Source: Podarcis tiliguerta
Lineage: Eukaryota
Direction: 5' to 3' (one strand)
DNA length: 64,000 nucleotides
Assembly: GCA_965153285.1 (NCBI GenBank)
Contig: OZ229118.1
Shown here: positions 36,859-51,135 of the stretch, one piece after another
Numbering within the stretch: the stretch's first letter is position 1
Layout of the letters: every line of letters begins with the position of its first letter
Notes under the pieces: generated by a model
What the model was told of the DNA's origin: nothing
The model's database searches: none
Seen by the model: only the letters and a program-made list of their open reading frames with translations
Position numbers and translations under genes: made by a program

Positions 36859-37780
36859 AGTTCTTAACCAGAGGTACCACTGTACGTTCTTCAAAAAAGA
36901 ATGTAGTAGAAAAATTGGTGAATTTTATTGTTTACTGCAGGTGTGGGTAACCAGTGTCTTTCCAGCTGGACTACAACTCCCATCATCCCTGACCAATGGC
37001 AATGCTGGGTGGGGATGCTGAGATATGGAGTCCAGCAGCTATTGCGTATGCAGCCCTGCTTCACTGGGATATATACTGTGGTCTTGTAAGACATAATAGA
37101 AATGTATTTTCTAACCTTTGTGGTTTCTGTTCCTCTCCCTCTTCCATGAAACAGGTCTGTTTCATATCCTTGCTTATTTTATGAAAATAACACAATAACT
37201 GAACAATATTACCTTATGCAGCAACTTCAAAGTGTACATTCTGCGGAAATATATGGTGTTTCAAGTCAGCTCAATTTGGTTTGGTTTGTACTCTTTGTCA
37301 AAACATCAACATACAAATGTTGGACTGCATTTATATTTCAGTCGCGTCTTAAGAGTTTTAGCATCCCCCATACTTGGAATGATATTTTCTTGCCAATTGC
37401 AGTGGCATGGAGGAATTGCCACAGTGAGATGCAGCATCTGAATGGCTGGTGATGTGGTGTGCATAATAGGAATATCTCAGCGTTCCTTGTTTGAGTTCAA
37501 TTTACTCTGACAAACCCAGAAACAGGAAGCAAAGTTCAATGTTCTTCCCAGTGCCACCCACTGCAAAATAATGCCACTTTCCCCCTTTAATATTCTGACA
37601 GCAAACAAATCTGATATAGCGGACAAGGTGTCAGCATTGAACCTGAAGGACACCAGTTCAAATCCCTGCTTAGACAAGAAGCTCACTGGGTGATCGTGTG
37701 CCTCACAGAGTTGTCGTGAAGAACAATTTGGGTAACTACACTTAGCCCCTCTGGGATAGTCAAGTGAATCAGTCCCTCTA

Positions 37781-38040
37781 CAGTGGTACCTCTGGTCGCG
37801 ACCGGGATCCGTTCCAGAGGCCCGTTCGCAACATGAAAAGCCCACAACCTGAAGCGGCGTATCTGCGCAGGTGCGCAGCATGATTTGGCGCTTATGCACA
37901 TGCGCGAAGCACAATTTAGCATTTCTGCGCATGCGTGAGCAGCGAAACCCGGAAGTAACCCTTTCCGGTACTTCTGGGTCACCGTGGGACGCAACCTGAA
38001 AAAACGTAACATGAAGCAAACGTAACATGAGGTATGACTG
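37781..38040. mobile_element. Tc1/pogo-type MITE, CpG-rich
   Basis: TA TSD; TIR CAGTGGTACCTC / GAGGTATGACTG. Confidence 0.85.
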
Positions 38041-40861
38041 TATTTCCAACATTCAGACCGTGGGTGTTATTGTTTAGGAGCTAAAATGTCGCTAGCCACA
38101 TACCACAGAAAAGTATAAGGAGGCTCAAGTCAGCCCCAATATTTGCAGAAGTACTTCTTTTTTAAAAAAAGGAAACTCCTCTAGTCTGGTATTCAACTAC
38201 GTTTTACTAAGACCTATTGAAATAAATGGACTTAATGTTCATTCCTTTCAGTGAGTAAAACATAGTTGAATACCACGCCTAAAAGGGAGGAGATGCCCAA
38301 AACAGCCCAATGGTGGTCATGGAATATTGACTGACTGTTGTGAGGAAAACAGAAAATCAGGGAAGGGAGAGAGAATGGAATGGCTGGAATCCTGAACAAG
38401 GAGTACCCACACTGCAACATTTTGTTGTGGTCCCACTTGTAGTGGGGGGGGGGAATGCCATTCCTAGCTCTCACCTGCTAAGTCCTTTTCTAGGTCACAA
38501 TGTATTTTTGTCTGTGAGACAGAATCCTCCAAGGTATTTTTAATGAGGAATTAAGCAGTGCCTCCTCCTACATTTCTGTCATGGTTCACAGATTTAAAGA
38601 TTAAGACAATCATTCAGTTGCATAGCCCAGGCAGATGATCTGATCGTTAAAGCATGATTTGCCTTCCAGCATCTCTGTAGAGTGAAGGGTGTCAGATGAG
38701 TCCCACGGAAAGAGCAAAGTGCCATGCATACTAAGCTACATCTACAGGTAATGACAGTATGCACCACTGAGAATCAAGTGCAGTCTGTCAGACACCTTTG
38801 CGGTGAAAGCTTCATGCTGACTTGCCAGTTCAGGGATATAAAGATAGCTTAACAGCTTCCCTAAAGAGTTCCTCTGAATGGTGCTGATTATTTTTATACC
38901 ACATTTATATTAGCAAAGCTATCAGTTAAAACAGCATATGAGTTCCACGGCCTTCCATAAGATGATACTAGGGATGTTCACTGGCTACAATATTTGGTTC
39001 AAACCTTGATTAAGCATTTCAGAAAACAGCCCACTTTGGTCCAAACCCTGATTTGGCTCAGGGTTCAAGTCTTTAATTCCTGCCACCCCACCCTCAATTC
39101 CCTAGTACAGGGAAATCAAAATGACTGTACATTTTATTCCTTTTGACAGAAGTGGGTGAAATTTGCAGGCACAGTTGATTCCCCAGAATTGATAAAGACT
39201 GCCAGATTACAGGTAAATATATCTAAGGTGGTTTGTTTTTTAAAATAAAAAATAAATATGAGTGCACTAGGAACCTTTAAAATGTAACAGCCCCCCCTAC
39301 CCCCCACTCCGCAAAAAACCCAACAGTGTATAACTTTCAGTGGGGCTGCCACTGAAAAGACCTGTCCCTAGTACCCTCCAATCTAACAGATTTTGCTGGT
39401 GGGTCAGAATTCAGGGCCTATAATGCAAATCAAGTGTGGGAGGGGGTGTTGCATGAATCTGTCACTGGGTGCCAGATGCTCAGATTTGAGCACTGCTCTG
39501 CAGCTTTCCACGCAGGAAAGTATGTTTGTGGGCACATTCTGAGTGGCAGGATCAGTGTTTTAAAAATGATATTTCTGCAACACTTAGGAAAGATCTCACA
39601 ACCTCATCTTTAAAATAAATGCACAGTTGTAGCAACGAAATTCATAGCAATAGGCGATACCGGGAAATGCAGCACAATGCAGAAGAGTTGGTTTATATTG
39701 GTAATTTTAATTAGAGGGAGAATTTCCAACATTTTCCAGAAGAAAAGCAATTGCACGTTTAGACTCTTGTTGCTGCAGCATTTCCATATATAGTCCCCAG
39801 ACATTCTGCGCTCCCTATAATACAAAAAATCTGTTTTGAAAGTTAACTATAAATATACATTCTAAAGCCACAGAACATCTAAGGCTCAAGGCCGAGAAAT
39901 GAAATTAGCATTGCAGGCAACATCTCTCGAGCTCTCCTGAAAGCCTTTTTCTCTGACCATCTCTCTTTCGACTGGTAGTGATATTGGATGGGGGAGAGAG
40001 AGAAAAATAAATCCTGACCCTCTAATCCATAGTTCAGCTTTGATGGGCTATTGCAAAACAATACCTTACAATGGAGAAGAGGCTTGAAGGGGAAAACTGC
40101 TGGCAGGACTGATTTGAGGACAGGCTGAGTGGAGCAGGCTACACAGTGAGACAAGGAGGATTAATGCCAAACTCTATTATTTCTCTCCTAGGGAAGAGGA
40201 CAGGCAATTACCTTGCTGGTAATGTTACTGAAATACTGGAAGGCTGCTATTGTGTGGTCTATTATTGTACCGCAGTGCCTTTACTTAACAGCTCTTCTGC
40301 TCAGACCATTTTCGAATGTATTAATTTGGCGTAATGCTATTCATTCTGGTTTCAGAAGCAGGTTTTACAGCAAAGGGCACAGGAAGTTCTGAAGAGATAC
40401 TCATTGTCATTAGCTGAAAGAAACGTGTGACAGATCCATTCTTAAAATACCCATATTTTACACCGAGAATCACTGTGTATGTCAGAGTTGTATGAAACAG
40501 GCTGGCATTGAACAGTGATGGTGAGATAGGAGCAATATATCACAGCATGCCATAAAGTATCTTTCTTCTGCCACACATGGTTCCATGAATTCCAGCTTCA
40601 CTCTGGATTAGAGAAGGTTGGTTCACACATGCATGTCCATCACTCAATGACTTACAGGTATGAACCAACCACCACAGATCAAATACAGCAGAGAGAACTT
40701 TCATATCACATCCTATACACAATGGTTTTCTGGGGAGCTAATTCCTGTTTTCAGTTGCAAGTCATCAAGTTGACTGATTGAAGGACAAGGGATCAATGTG
40801 CCAAACAAGATGCATATGAACATGTGGAGTGGAGCCGTGGCATTCTTCTCACAACCGTGCT

Positions 40862-41137
40862 GCTTTGAGCACTCCAACTGGAGAACAGCCTTTACCAAAG
40901 GTGTTGTGGGCTTTGAAGAAGGATGAACTCAGGGGGAAAAGGAGAAATGAGCTAAGAGGAAGGCATGTTTGGCAGACCCTCACCGTGATCAGCTCCCACC
41001 TGGAAACATATGTTCTCACTGTGGACGGATGTGTGGATCCAGAATTGGCCTCCACAGTCACTTATGGACTCACTGTTAAGACTGTTTTCATGGAAGACCA
41101 TCTTACTTGGCTATGAGTGATCGCCAAAGAAAAAGAG
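40862..41137 (+). mobile_element. RTE-clade LINE 3' end with C-terminal C2H2 finger
   Basis: Encodes WRTAFTKGVVGFEE...CSHCGRMCGSRIGLHSHLWTH, then a short UTR and a GAA-rich tail. Confidence 0.85.
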
Positions 41138-41380
41138 CTTCAATATTCAATATTCAATATTTAGGTTGTGAAGATCTTCCCACAGCAGAAAGACGTTGAA
41201 TAAATTTGGTCACATAAGCATGAAAAGGCATGTTACCCCATAAGAAAAATATCCTTATTAGGTCCAATCAAAATGTCACAAAATGCCTTTATGTATGTTT
41301 TGCTTAAGATCCAGCATGATGAAAAGTTCTGGAGAACTCAAAAGCTGGCTGATTATTTCTGCAACCTTTTGGTTGGTCCT

Positions 41381-41529
41381 ACCTCATGAGAAGAGAGTGT
41401 TCTTGAAGCTACCAACATGAGTTTGACCAAACTGCGGAAGGCAGTGGAAGACAGGAGTGCCTGGCATGCTCTGGTCCATGGGGTCACGAAGAGTCGGACA
41501 CGACTAAATGATTAAACAACAACAACAAT
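41381..41529 (+). mobile_element. BovB (RTE) LINE 3' end
   Basis: Encodes SVLEATNMSLTKLRKAVEDRSAWHALVHGVTKSRTRLND; contains AAGAGTCGGACACGACT and a (CAA)n tail. Inserted in a Penelope-like remnant (TTGGTCCTA|ATAAAGG). Confidence 0.88.
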
Positions 41530-44500
41530 AAAGGCTACATGCTTACTGGGTGGGAGAGGAGAAACCATGGTAACAGCGTGACACTAGTGTCAGCCCACAG
41601 GTGGCTACCTCTACTCAGTCCAGGACCACCTGCCCAAACCATTGCAAAGGGGGTTTAGATAGCTCTGCCCATTTATGAATAGTACTGACATCTAGCAAAG
41701 ATCTTACATTTCTTTATGAACTTTTCAACTGCCGCTGTGCATTCAGTGTCGTTAGACCAGCAAGCTATTTCCTTATACCTTCCGGCTCAGTATTACTGAA
41801 AGTCTTTTAACGTGGTGAGCCTTCTGCGTTACTGTATTAAGAGAAGAATGTTGTCAGCATTGACCCTCCCAGTTAACAGGTGTTGAAGCCTTGAAGGCAA
41901 ATGTTGATTGATTCCTGCTGACTCAATGTAGCAGGTGTATGGTAACAACAGCTTGCACACAAAGGGGAGTGAACGACAAAGTTTATTCAGTTAGAAAGGC
42001 TTAGAGGTTGTGATAGATTTGCTTCAGGAAATGTTCACAGCCAAGTTTACAGGCCTGCTGATTAATATGGATTCGGTTGCTATTGCCATCATAACTGTTG
42101 TTGCTTTTTGACAGGGCTGAATTAAATAGAGGAGCTCTTTCACTGGATATGAAACCAGAGGAAGCTAACGGATATTCAGTGCCACTTGCATTAGAACTAA
42201 ATTTGTGGATTGTTCCGAGGAGGCAAATATGAAGTAATAAAAGAACCAAAGGAAGGATATGCGAAGTAAAGAAAAGAATGCAAAAGAAAGGAAGTGAACG
42301 ACAAAAAGGCCTGAGACTTGCCCATTGAAAAGCTGAAGATAAGGAAAAGGGCCACATATAATGAAATGAAACATTGTGAGGCAAATTCTGGACTTCGTTT
42401 AAGCATAAGCCTGAAGACAGAACTGTTTTTTGTTTAACTTTTGGTTAACACTGTGAAGTAAAATGGTGATGAAAATGCTTTCTCAGGTGTAATTAGGCAA
42501 TAAAAAAGAAGGATGGGAGACTTCCAAATGACTTAGGAGGTGTTTGCAGCAACCATATTATTCACAAGGTATATTGGATTTACCACCATAGCTGTAGTGT
42601 CCACTCTGCAGTTCATTCTCTGTCTTCCTTAGAGCCATACTTCCAAGTATCTCTTCTTGCTAATCTCATCCTTCAGTTGGTTCAATAAGGGAAGAACATT
42701 GATAAACATGAAATGCCCATTGGAACAGAAACTATGGTGCCCAACAGCTACAGAAGAACAAATAGGGATGTTGCACATGTTTACTTGGGCCTAGCACAGA
42801 AATACTGTTCCAGGGTTCTCAAAGGTAGCCACCAAAGAAAAGAGATGCATTTAGTGCTCTGCCCCCAAAGGACACACATCTTTCTCCAGGATGGCATTCC
42901 TTCATGGCTTGTCTCTGCCAACCCCCCTCCCTTGGAGAATATTAAAACAATAAATATTTGTCTTTGGTGATTAGGTGTGAAAGAATTATATCTAGGGTTA
43001 TGATGAAAATGTCTCCCCCATTTTTTTAACCACCCACCATCAATTCATGCACAAATGGATCACATCTGAAAGTTACCAAAATAGAGATAATATTTCAGTG
43101 AAATATTCAGGATTCTTCATTTACTTGATTTTCAAGGTACACATTCATTCATTCATTCATTCATTCTTCAAATCATCTCCTCATAGGTCTGCACTCTGCA
43201 ATCTTTCTGAATATTTTCTGAAAACTCCATGATGTCTGCTCAGAAGCCAACCGATCTGATTTACTGTGCTTCAATTAAATCTCAGGGAAAGATCTCATGA
43301 GATGACTTCTCCAATAGGGCTTTTTCAGATCAGACAGCCAGGAAGATAGTGGAACACTAGAGAAACATACATGCCACCTTGCAATGAGGTACGTTTAGCC
43401 CCACATCCGTTGAAATGCTAAAGTGCCTTGAGAATCAATGGAATGGAAGAGAACTTTCAGGAAATTGGAGGACAGGTTTCAGCAAAGTAGTAGTTATATA
43501 TGTGGATTCCTATCCATCAGGGATAGCCAACATGGTGTCCTCCACATGTTGTTGGATCACAGTTTTCACCAGGCCCAGCCAGCATAGCCAATGGTCAGCA
43601 TAGCCAATGGTTATGGGAGCTGTTATCCAACTTCATCTGGTGATTCAGAGATTAGCCACCTGTGCTAGTCGTGTCTACTCAGGGATGGAGTTAAATGAAG
43701 CTTACACTCAGGTAACTGCATATTGGATTCTTGTCTAAAAGGCATTTGAGGTGAGTCAAACAATCTTATTGATCTGAAAACTGGAAATTAGTGTCTGTAT
43801 CCTTTCCAAGACTGGAATTGATTATTTTGAGGAAAACCAAAACCTGTTTTGCTGTGAATTTTATGGGGTTTTTTCTAGCTATGTAAAATCCCTCTACCTA
43901 ACGAATTAATGTGACAAGTGTTTATGATTCAGATATTTCTAACACATCATATGCCTTTATTCATTGCATAATCTTTGTTAATACTACCCATTATTAAATA
44001 ATTATTATTCTCTGGGGAAATAGACAAACAGGCCTAAAGCAAGATATGGTTGTTTCCTAGCCATTTGGTTAGAGAAACCCAAACCTAGTACTTGTGGCAA
44101 CACATTCTAATCCCAATAAAATATTGGGATTTTATTAATAAATGATTTCATAATTCATAACTCCAAGGAAATGTCCTCTACAACTTTCAGGAATAAGGAG
44201 GGCATCTTTCCCACAAAACTACCAGCCTCTGATTTGCATATCTTATTTATTCAGTGAGAGCTAATAATCTTCGTTGAATGATGGCTTACAATTCATTATG
44301 ATTTTAAAATGTAAAATCCCCACCACTTTCACCACAAGTATTTGAAACTGACTTAAATAAAGAAGTGCTGAAGTGAAAGAAACATTGGGTCTCTCTCTCT
44401 CTCTCTCTCTCTTACAAAATACTAGCCAATCTTTCACTTATGGTGTCTTATGACTGGAGGGGAGATCCATTGGTGCAGCTACCACCACATCTACAACCCT

Positions 44501-44544
44501 CCTGGTTTGCTGTGCCCAAGGAAGGAGGAAAGATCAGCAGCAGG

Positions 44545-44879
44545 CAGTGGCGTAGCGTGGGTTGTCAGCACCCGGGGCAAGGCAAGTAATTTGCGCCCCC
44601 TAACCCGGGGCAAGGCAAGTAATTTGCGCCCCCCCACTGCACTGTCCCTCCCCCAGATAGTCCCTCGCTCTCTCTCCGCACCGCACCGCACGCCTGGCAC
44701 CCTCCCCTCCACAGTGGGTGGCGACCCGGCGGCTCGGATCGGATTCACACAGCCAGCCCTGCAGTGAGAGAGAGTGAGTGAGCCAGGTAGGGGCAGAGAG
44801 CTGCGAGTGCGAGCGCGCCCCCCCAGATGTTGCGCCCGGTGTGGCCGGCCCCCCCTGCACCCCCCACGCCATGCCACTG
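44545..44879. mobile_element. hAT MITE, long form of the 7456-7602 family, in opposite orientation
   Basis: TIR CAGTGGCGTAGCGTGG; perfect 8-bp TSD GCAGCAGG; internal ~33-bp duplication CCCGGGGCAAGGCAAGTAATTTGCGCCCCC. Confidence 0.92.
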
Positions 44880-45385
44880 GCAGCAGGGTTGGCATAGAGT
44901 CTTGCTGGTTCAATGAGTGTGTCAGGGAAATGATAGATTTTTGGAGGAGGAATATTCATGCTTGACCCCAAAACACACACCCACAATGGGCCCCCTTTTC
45001 TCCACTTTACTATGGAACTTCTGCCCTGGTATAGTTTTCTTTGTGTGCCCTAAGAGGCCTTTGGGGGGCATAAATATCAATCTGTGGGTGGATTTCCCTC
45101 ACTACCAGTGGGGAAGCAGTTACACCGCTTCCTAAGGCTCCTCAGCTGTCCTCTGGGAAAATACAGAACTCATTGAAAATACAGCTTGTTGAAGGATGAT
45201 GCTAAAAATGAGGGACATCTGGCTATTCTAATCTGTTAATAACAGTTTGGTAGATTTCTCTGCAAACCCATTCCCACTAAAAATTGTATGGGGGTTTAAA
45301 TTTCACCACTGCTTGGATAAACCATTGACTTGATTAATTGGGTAGGGGGCACTAGACTAATTTGTTTCACAGTAACCCATATGTG

Positions 45386-45645
45386 CTCCTGCCAACCTAG
45401 CAGTTCAAAAGCACGTCAAAGTGCAAGTAGATAAATAGGTACTGCTCCGGCGGGAAGGTAAACGGCGTTTCCGTGCACTGCTCTGGTTTCGTCAGAAGCG
45501 GCTTAGTCATGCTGGCCACATGACCCAGAAAAACTGTCTGCGGACAAACGTCAGCTCCCTTGGCCTGTAAAGCGAGATGAGCGCTGCAACCCCAGAGTCG
45601 TTCGCAACTGGACTTAACTGCCAGGGGTCCTTTACCTTTACCTTT
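45386..45645 (+). mobile_element. 5'-truncated Sauria SINE
   Basis: Lacks the tRNA head; (CCTTTA)n tail; 13-bp TSD TAACCCATWTGTG. Confidence 0.88.
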
Positions 45646-47599
45646 TAACCCATTTGTGAGTTTCTTACAAATGGGTTACAATAGCTAGATTGGCATAAAT
45701 GGGGGGTGGGTGGGTTTGAATTTCACCAAATGTAAATGATACTCTTGATATTAGCCAGATGCCTATTCACCATAATTAATTCTCTTGAAAAGCTAACATG
45801 AACTTGTTAATATAAAAATTTTTGATTGTGTGTTTTAAATTCAGATTGTTGCCCTACTTTAGATTATTTTAATATTGTGTAACAGAGATAGTTTGCAGGA
45901 ACATATGGAGTCAAATTAAACTTAGAAATATCCTGCAAGCAGGATGATCCCAAGCAGCAGGTATAATAAAATCAGGTCAATTGGAGGGAAATGAAGGTTG
46001 CATTATTTGTCTAAGGAGTGTATGATGTATTATACATTTATGTAGCCTGACTATCAGGAAATGGAAAAAGAGAGAGACTTGGGTCCAGCCTCACAATAAG
46101 TGTGAGAGGAAGGGATGACCCCAGTAGCCTTGTTGGGGCCAGAAACCATCTTACCTGTGAGTAATGCAAGACCTACTCCCTGCTTTGCTGACCTGTTTTT
46201 CCATTTGGCGTTGGACACTGGGGCCCAGTTGGACCTCAGCTAGAGAAGTTGCTGCTACTTCTGAAGGAGCCAGAGATCATCTTTTTTTACTTCAGAAAAT
46301 TCTTATAATGTAATTTTTAAATGAGTTTCTATAGTCTGTGTGACTGCATGCACAATAGTTGAATTTTGCAAATCAACAAGAGTACACCCTTTCATGCAAA
46401 TACTTGTGTGTGTAGAAACAGCTTGTAATGTGTGAACAAGCCTATGGGAGCTAAGCATTAAGGGAATGGAACGGCACCACCTAGTGATTGGTGGTGTTGC
46501 TTATATGCTCACTGCATGTGATTTCAGGGAAATGAAATAAGGGAAACTGCCTAAACAACACATCTAGCTGATTCTTTAGGCAGGTGGAGAAATGAATTAG
46601 AATTCAGATCAGTGAGGAGAGTGTGCTGGGGGAGATGTTACTTTTAGCTTCTGATGCGATAGTTGCATCACAGGCCAAGCTGAGATCAAACAGCATACGG
46701 AATGGAAAGAAGGAAATAAATGTTCATAGACATAGAGCAAGTCTCTAACAGTACAGAGAAGGGCATTCATGCAGCAGAAGGTGGACGAAATCAAAGCAGC
46801 TACATGGTTTTAATGGTCCCAGTTCATTTTTAAGCACACTACAAGAATCTGTTATTTCATTGTTAAGTAGGGCAAAGGTCAGAGCTTCAGTTGCTTTGCC
46901 TTCAAAAAGGTGAAGCATGCAGTTCTGCAGTGCCAAGACAAGCTCTTTATTCAAGGGTTTCATTTTATCTCCTCTGCACTCTGTGGGAAATCTAAGAGCC
47001 GTGAGTACTGGCTGTGCCTCTGTACCGGCATCAGCTAATTTCTAATCCTTCCCCTCACCGCAACTTTACATTTTAAAACTGATTTTTCACTGTGGCATGC
47101 AAATGGCACAATCATATTAAATACCGCCAGAGCATAAACTGTCACCGTTACCTACTCAGCAAATAATTATAAAAGTATATAAACATGCCATAATCACATA
47201 AGCGGCAAGCATTATCTGCTCTTTTCCAGGGAAAGCCTATAAGCTGATTGGCACCAACAAGATGTCATTAGGAAACCCATGGGCTGCTGCCATAGATGGA
47301 GGCATTTCATTTGCTAAAAGCGATTCAGAGTTAGAATCCAAGATCATTGGCCCCTGAAGCATGTGGCTATCTGGCTTCAATCTGACTATCTAGCCCAGCA
47401 GTCATAACAGAGTTTCCACACTACCATCAGGCAGGAGGATTTTCTTCTAGAAGGGCCTTCAAAGGCATGACACCAGAGTGGAGCAGTGAATGGATCAAAA
47501 CAGATCTGGTCCACAGGTGATGGACCCGAGAGCTACTGCAGCGGATAGCCCCACTTTGGAGTCCCAAACAGAGAATGCCATTTTTGGATGCTTATAATT

Positions 47600-48335
47600 A
47601 TTATCACTAGTATCCTGTTCTTCCTCACAGAGGAGCCCAGGGCAGCAAAGGCACAAGGGATAAAAAGAATTCAAACATCTAAAAACAATTCCAGTACAGC
47701 TGCAGACTGGGGAAGAGGCTTAAAAGGCTTGTTGGAAGAAGAAGGTCTTCAGTAGGAACCGAAAAGTCAACATAAATGGTGCCGATCTAGTGCATAATAG
47801 GAGGGAATTCCAAAATGATGCTGTCTTTGTTTGAGAGCCAGTGTGGTGTAGTGGTTAAGAGTGGTAGTCTCGTAATCTGGGGAACTGGGTTTGCATCTCC
47901 GCTCCTCAACATGCAGCTGCTGGGTGACCTTGGGCTAGTCACACTTCTTTGAAGTCTCTCAGCCCCACTCACCTCACAGAGTGTTTGTTGTGGGGGAGGA
48001 AGGGAAAGGAGAATGTTAGCTGCTTTGAGACTCCTTCGGGTAGTGATAAAGTGGGATATCAAATCCAAGCTCTTCTGCTTCTTCAAAAGGCAGGAGCAAC
48101 AACTCTAGAGGCCTAGTTTCTGTACTGTGTGGAATGGCCTTCTTGATAAGATGGTGTCTGCAGGAAGACTTCATCTGTATAGTACAGTGATCAACAGGGT
48201 ATATAAGAGGTGAAATGATCTTTCACATATCCTGGTCCCAAGCTTTATAAGACTTTATGCACAAAACCAGCACCTTGAATTTGGCTTGTCAGCTAATTGG
48301 CAGGAAGTGCATTTTTTCCAGCAGCAGTGCTACCG
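47600..48335 (-). mobile_element. Old L2 LINE 3' region interrupted by a Squam3-type SINE
   Basis: AAGGTCTTCAG...GGGAATTCCA and AAAACCAGCACCTTGAATTTGGC motifs typical of squamate L2 read in reverse. Confidence 0.65.
47833..48084 (+). mobile_element. Squam3-type SINE, copy 2
   Basis: Highly similar to 22373-22627. Confidence 0.85.
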
Positions 48336-50984
48336 TACATGGTGGCATTAAAAAACACCTTCCTGTGAGGGTTTTTTTTAATAAAAAAAAAAACTATAGC
48401 AAAGGCAGATCTAGCTCAGTCTATCCTCTATTCTTCCAGTCTACCCTTGGCATAATGTCCCATAAAAGGACATTAAACATGTGATGTCCACTCTTTGCCA
48501 TGAAGGGATGCTTCCCATGATACCACCTCAGGGCTCTACCAAGTTATTCCCATCTCATTCTAGCCCTGGACAGAAATTGATTTGGGTAGAAGGAAAGCAG
48601 ACAATGGGATAGGTATGAGAGCCACATTGCGGTGGTGGGCTGTGCCCTAACTTGCACACATCTGTTTCAGTTTCCAGAGTGAGCCTACGCCTGTACATTT
48701 GCTTCAGATGTTGAAATTAAAGCATATATGTTAGGGTAGAGTTGGCACAAGGAAGTTGTTTTCATGCACATTTTCATTCTGACTTAATGAATTCTGCAAA
48801 GGATATCTGCTGTATGTGTGGACCAGACTGGAAACTCAAAGTTGGGGACGGACAGACAACAGAGGGTGGACTAAAATAAATTAATAAGAGATATAAATCC
48901 AATACATACAGGTGACAAAACAGAAGTGAGCCTTCTCTGTAGTTGGGCTTTCATTATGGGATGAGCTCCCCTCTGCAATTTAGCAATGCACTTCCATTAC
49001 TTTTAAAAATATACCTCTTTGCTTAGCATTTCCCTGACTGATGGTGCCAGTTTTTAATGAGCCCAATATAGTACTGCTAATGTTTTATTCTTGTCTTGTG
49101 GATATGTTTTATTACTTTGCTATTCTCTTATTCTACCATTGTAATTATATTTTAAATGAAAGTGATCCAGAAATATACAATAAGTAGATGTTGTTTAACA
49201 AAGAGCATTTGGGGGATATTTTTTACACATTAGCTTGGGGTGTTTTATTACATTTTAGGTGCATTTGCACATGTAAACCAGGCCAGAGGTATGGCAGGCT
49301 GAGAAGTTGGAAGTCAAGGAAAAGTGTGAGAGTAAAGTTGAAGGGTGAAAAAGGAGAGAAAAGAGGTCTGAAGACAGTCACAGTCAGTGATTTTTATTGT
49401 AAATAACTGATATATGTGAAGTGCTTTGAATGCTTTTTAGTGTGCATTATATATATGCTTATTACCTCATAACCAGAATCATAGGCAATAATAACAATGC
49501 TAGTTGTTTATCGAATGGTTCTTTCATTACTACAACTTATGGTCTGTCATACAGTTTTTATATAGGAAACAAAACATCAGTTATCCATTCCGTTAGCTGA
49601 GACCAAAATCAAAATAAAACAGCCCTTAAACACCTGTCATAAGCTTGCTGTTATTCTTCCTCATTTTATTTAAAAGAAACCAGCCTTGCTTTCATTCAAC
49701 TTTTTTGGCCAAGTGCATTTCCCTCCAATGCAGGGATGCAGGTCCAGCAGGGATGCAACAATCTAAGTCGACACAAACACAAGTATTGAATTTTTTAAAA
49801 ATGTTTTTTTAACATTTCAAATGCTCACTTTCCCCTCCATTTTCGGTTGGTGATTTCTTCAAACACCAACTTTAATGTGAAAATGCCTTTGAAAGTTGAT
49901 ACTAGGAATCAAAGAGAAAGAACGAAGCTTGAGCAGGTGTGAAAAAAAAAAACCCTTCTGCTGCTCTGTGAGATTTTATTACTATAAAAACCACATCAAG
50001 CTAGCAAAACCAAGCTTGGGGTAGAAATTCAATAGCATAGGCTTTTGCTGGCTAGCGTTGGTGGGAGTTGTAGACTAAAACATTTGAAAGGAACCAAGTT
50101 GGAGACCCACAGCTAGTCACTGAACTAGAGGGACCCATGGTCTGACTATGTATAAAGGAGCTTCCTTGACTTTATAAAGGTGTGTTCCACCATTCACCTT
50201 CCTTTCATGTATTTCAGGTTGCTTCACCCTCCGTGGACCATCACTTGACAATCACAGTCTCCTTAAAGCCAATCACAAAATTCATCCCAAAGGGTATGAG
50301 GCCCAACAAGGAACCTACAAGGATGCTGATCGATTCTATTGTAGGTTGTTGTGATCCTTTTTATTCCAGTCTGGGGGAAAGACCTTACGGTGATTTCTTT
50401 TTCTGCTGCCAGTTTTGTATACAAAGCTGATTGATGAAAAAGGCAAAAAGAACCTTAGCAAATGTCCATTTTCGCACATTTTCCTGGAATGTATGGGAAA
50501 ATGCTGAATAAGCTTTTTGATTCAAAGGGATTTAACCTGCAGAGGGATTTACTAAAAGGATGAAAATAATATCAAAAGAGACTTAAGGGATCTTCAAATA
50601 CATGAATTGCTTTCCTCTGTGAGCATATGGAGGCTGTCATATATTGAGTCAAGAAGATGCACAGAAAATGTACAGAATCATAAACATATATGCAATCTCA
50701 AGGTGTTTTGGGCTATTCAACCCCTTTTCATTGGAACTTTTAAAAAACAAAAAACAAAAACCTTCATTACAATTATTTCTAATACAATGAGAACTGTAGC
50801 AATGCAGAGTGAAAAAGAATATTCACTTGTTATCAAAATCTGGTCTCTTGAACTACCAAGAATTTCTACAAACATTTTTTAAAAGAACAAAACTTTTTAT
50901 TCCTAAACTTCATTCCTAAACTTAACATGTTTAAGAGACTCCATGGATCTCCTTACTAAAATAGACATTTGGCAGTGCAGCAAT

Positions 50985-51135
50985 AAAACTGCTAGCACAT
51001 TTGCAAAGCTAAGCAGGGTCCAGTATGGTTTCAAATTGGATGGAAAGACCATGTGTTGAGATTCCTGCATTGCAGGGCGTTGGACTAGATGACCCTCAGG
51101 AACCCTTCCAACTCTACAATTCTATGATTCTATGA
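50985..51135 (+). mobile_element. 5S rRNA-derived head abutting a CR1 3' tail
   Basis: AGCTAAGCAGGGTC...TGGTT...TTGGATGGAAAGACC resembles 5S boxes A and C. It is followed by TTGGACTAGATGACCC...TTCCAACTCTAC and (ATTCTATG)n. Confidence 0.65.

Noticed and set aside
37477-38052. 191-aa ORF, and similar ORFs at 7169-7761, 44450-44986 and 56710-57226
   Set aside because: They cross MITE or LTR boundaries and are chance read-through of GC-rich repeats.
42001-42406. Three overlapping hydrophobic ORFs
   Set aside because: They arise from a purine-rich + strand, show no recognisable domain, and have no splice context.
50218-50293. Possible exon (TATTTCAG|...AAGG|GTATGA)
   Set aside because: Two frames are open and neither is recognisable. 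Such site pairs are common by chance, and the same applies to 40192-40218.
51005-51050. 5S rRNA gene
   Set aside because: Only a ~45-nt diverged internal part is present, with no mature ends or terminator.
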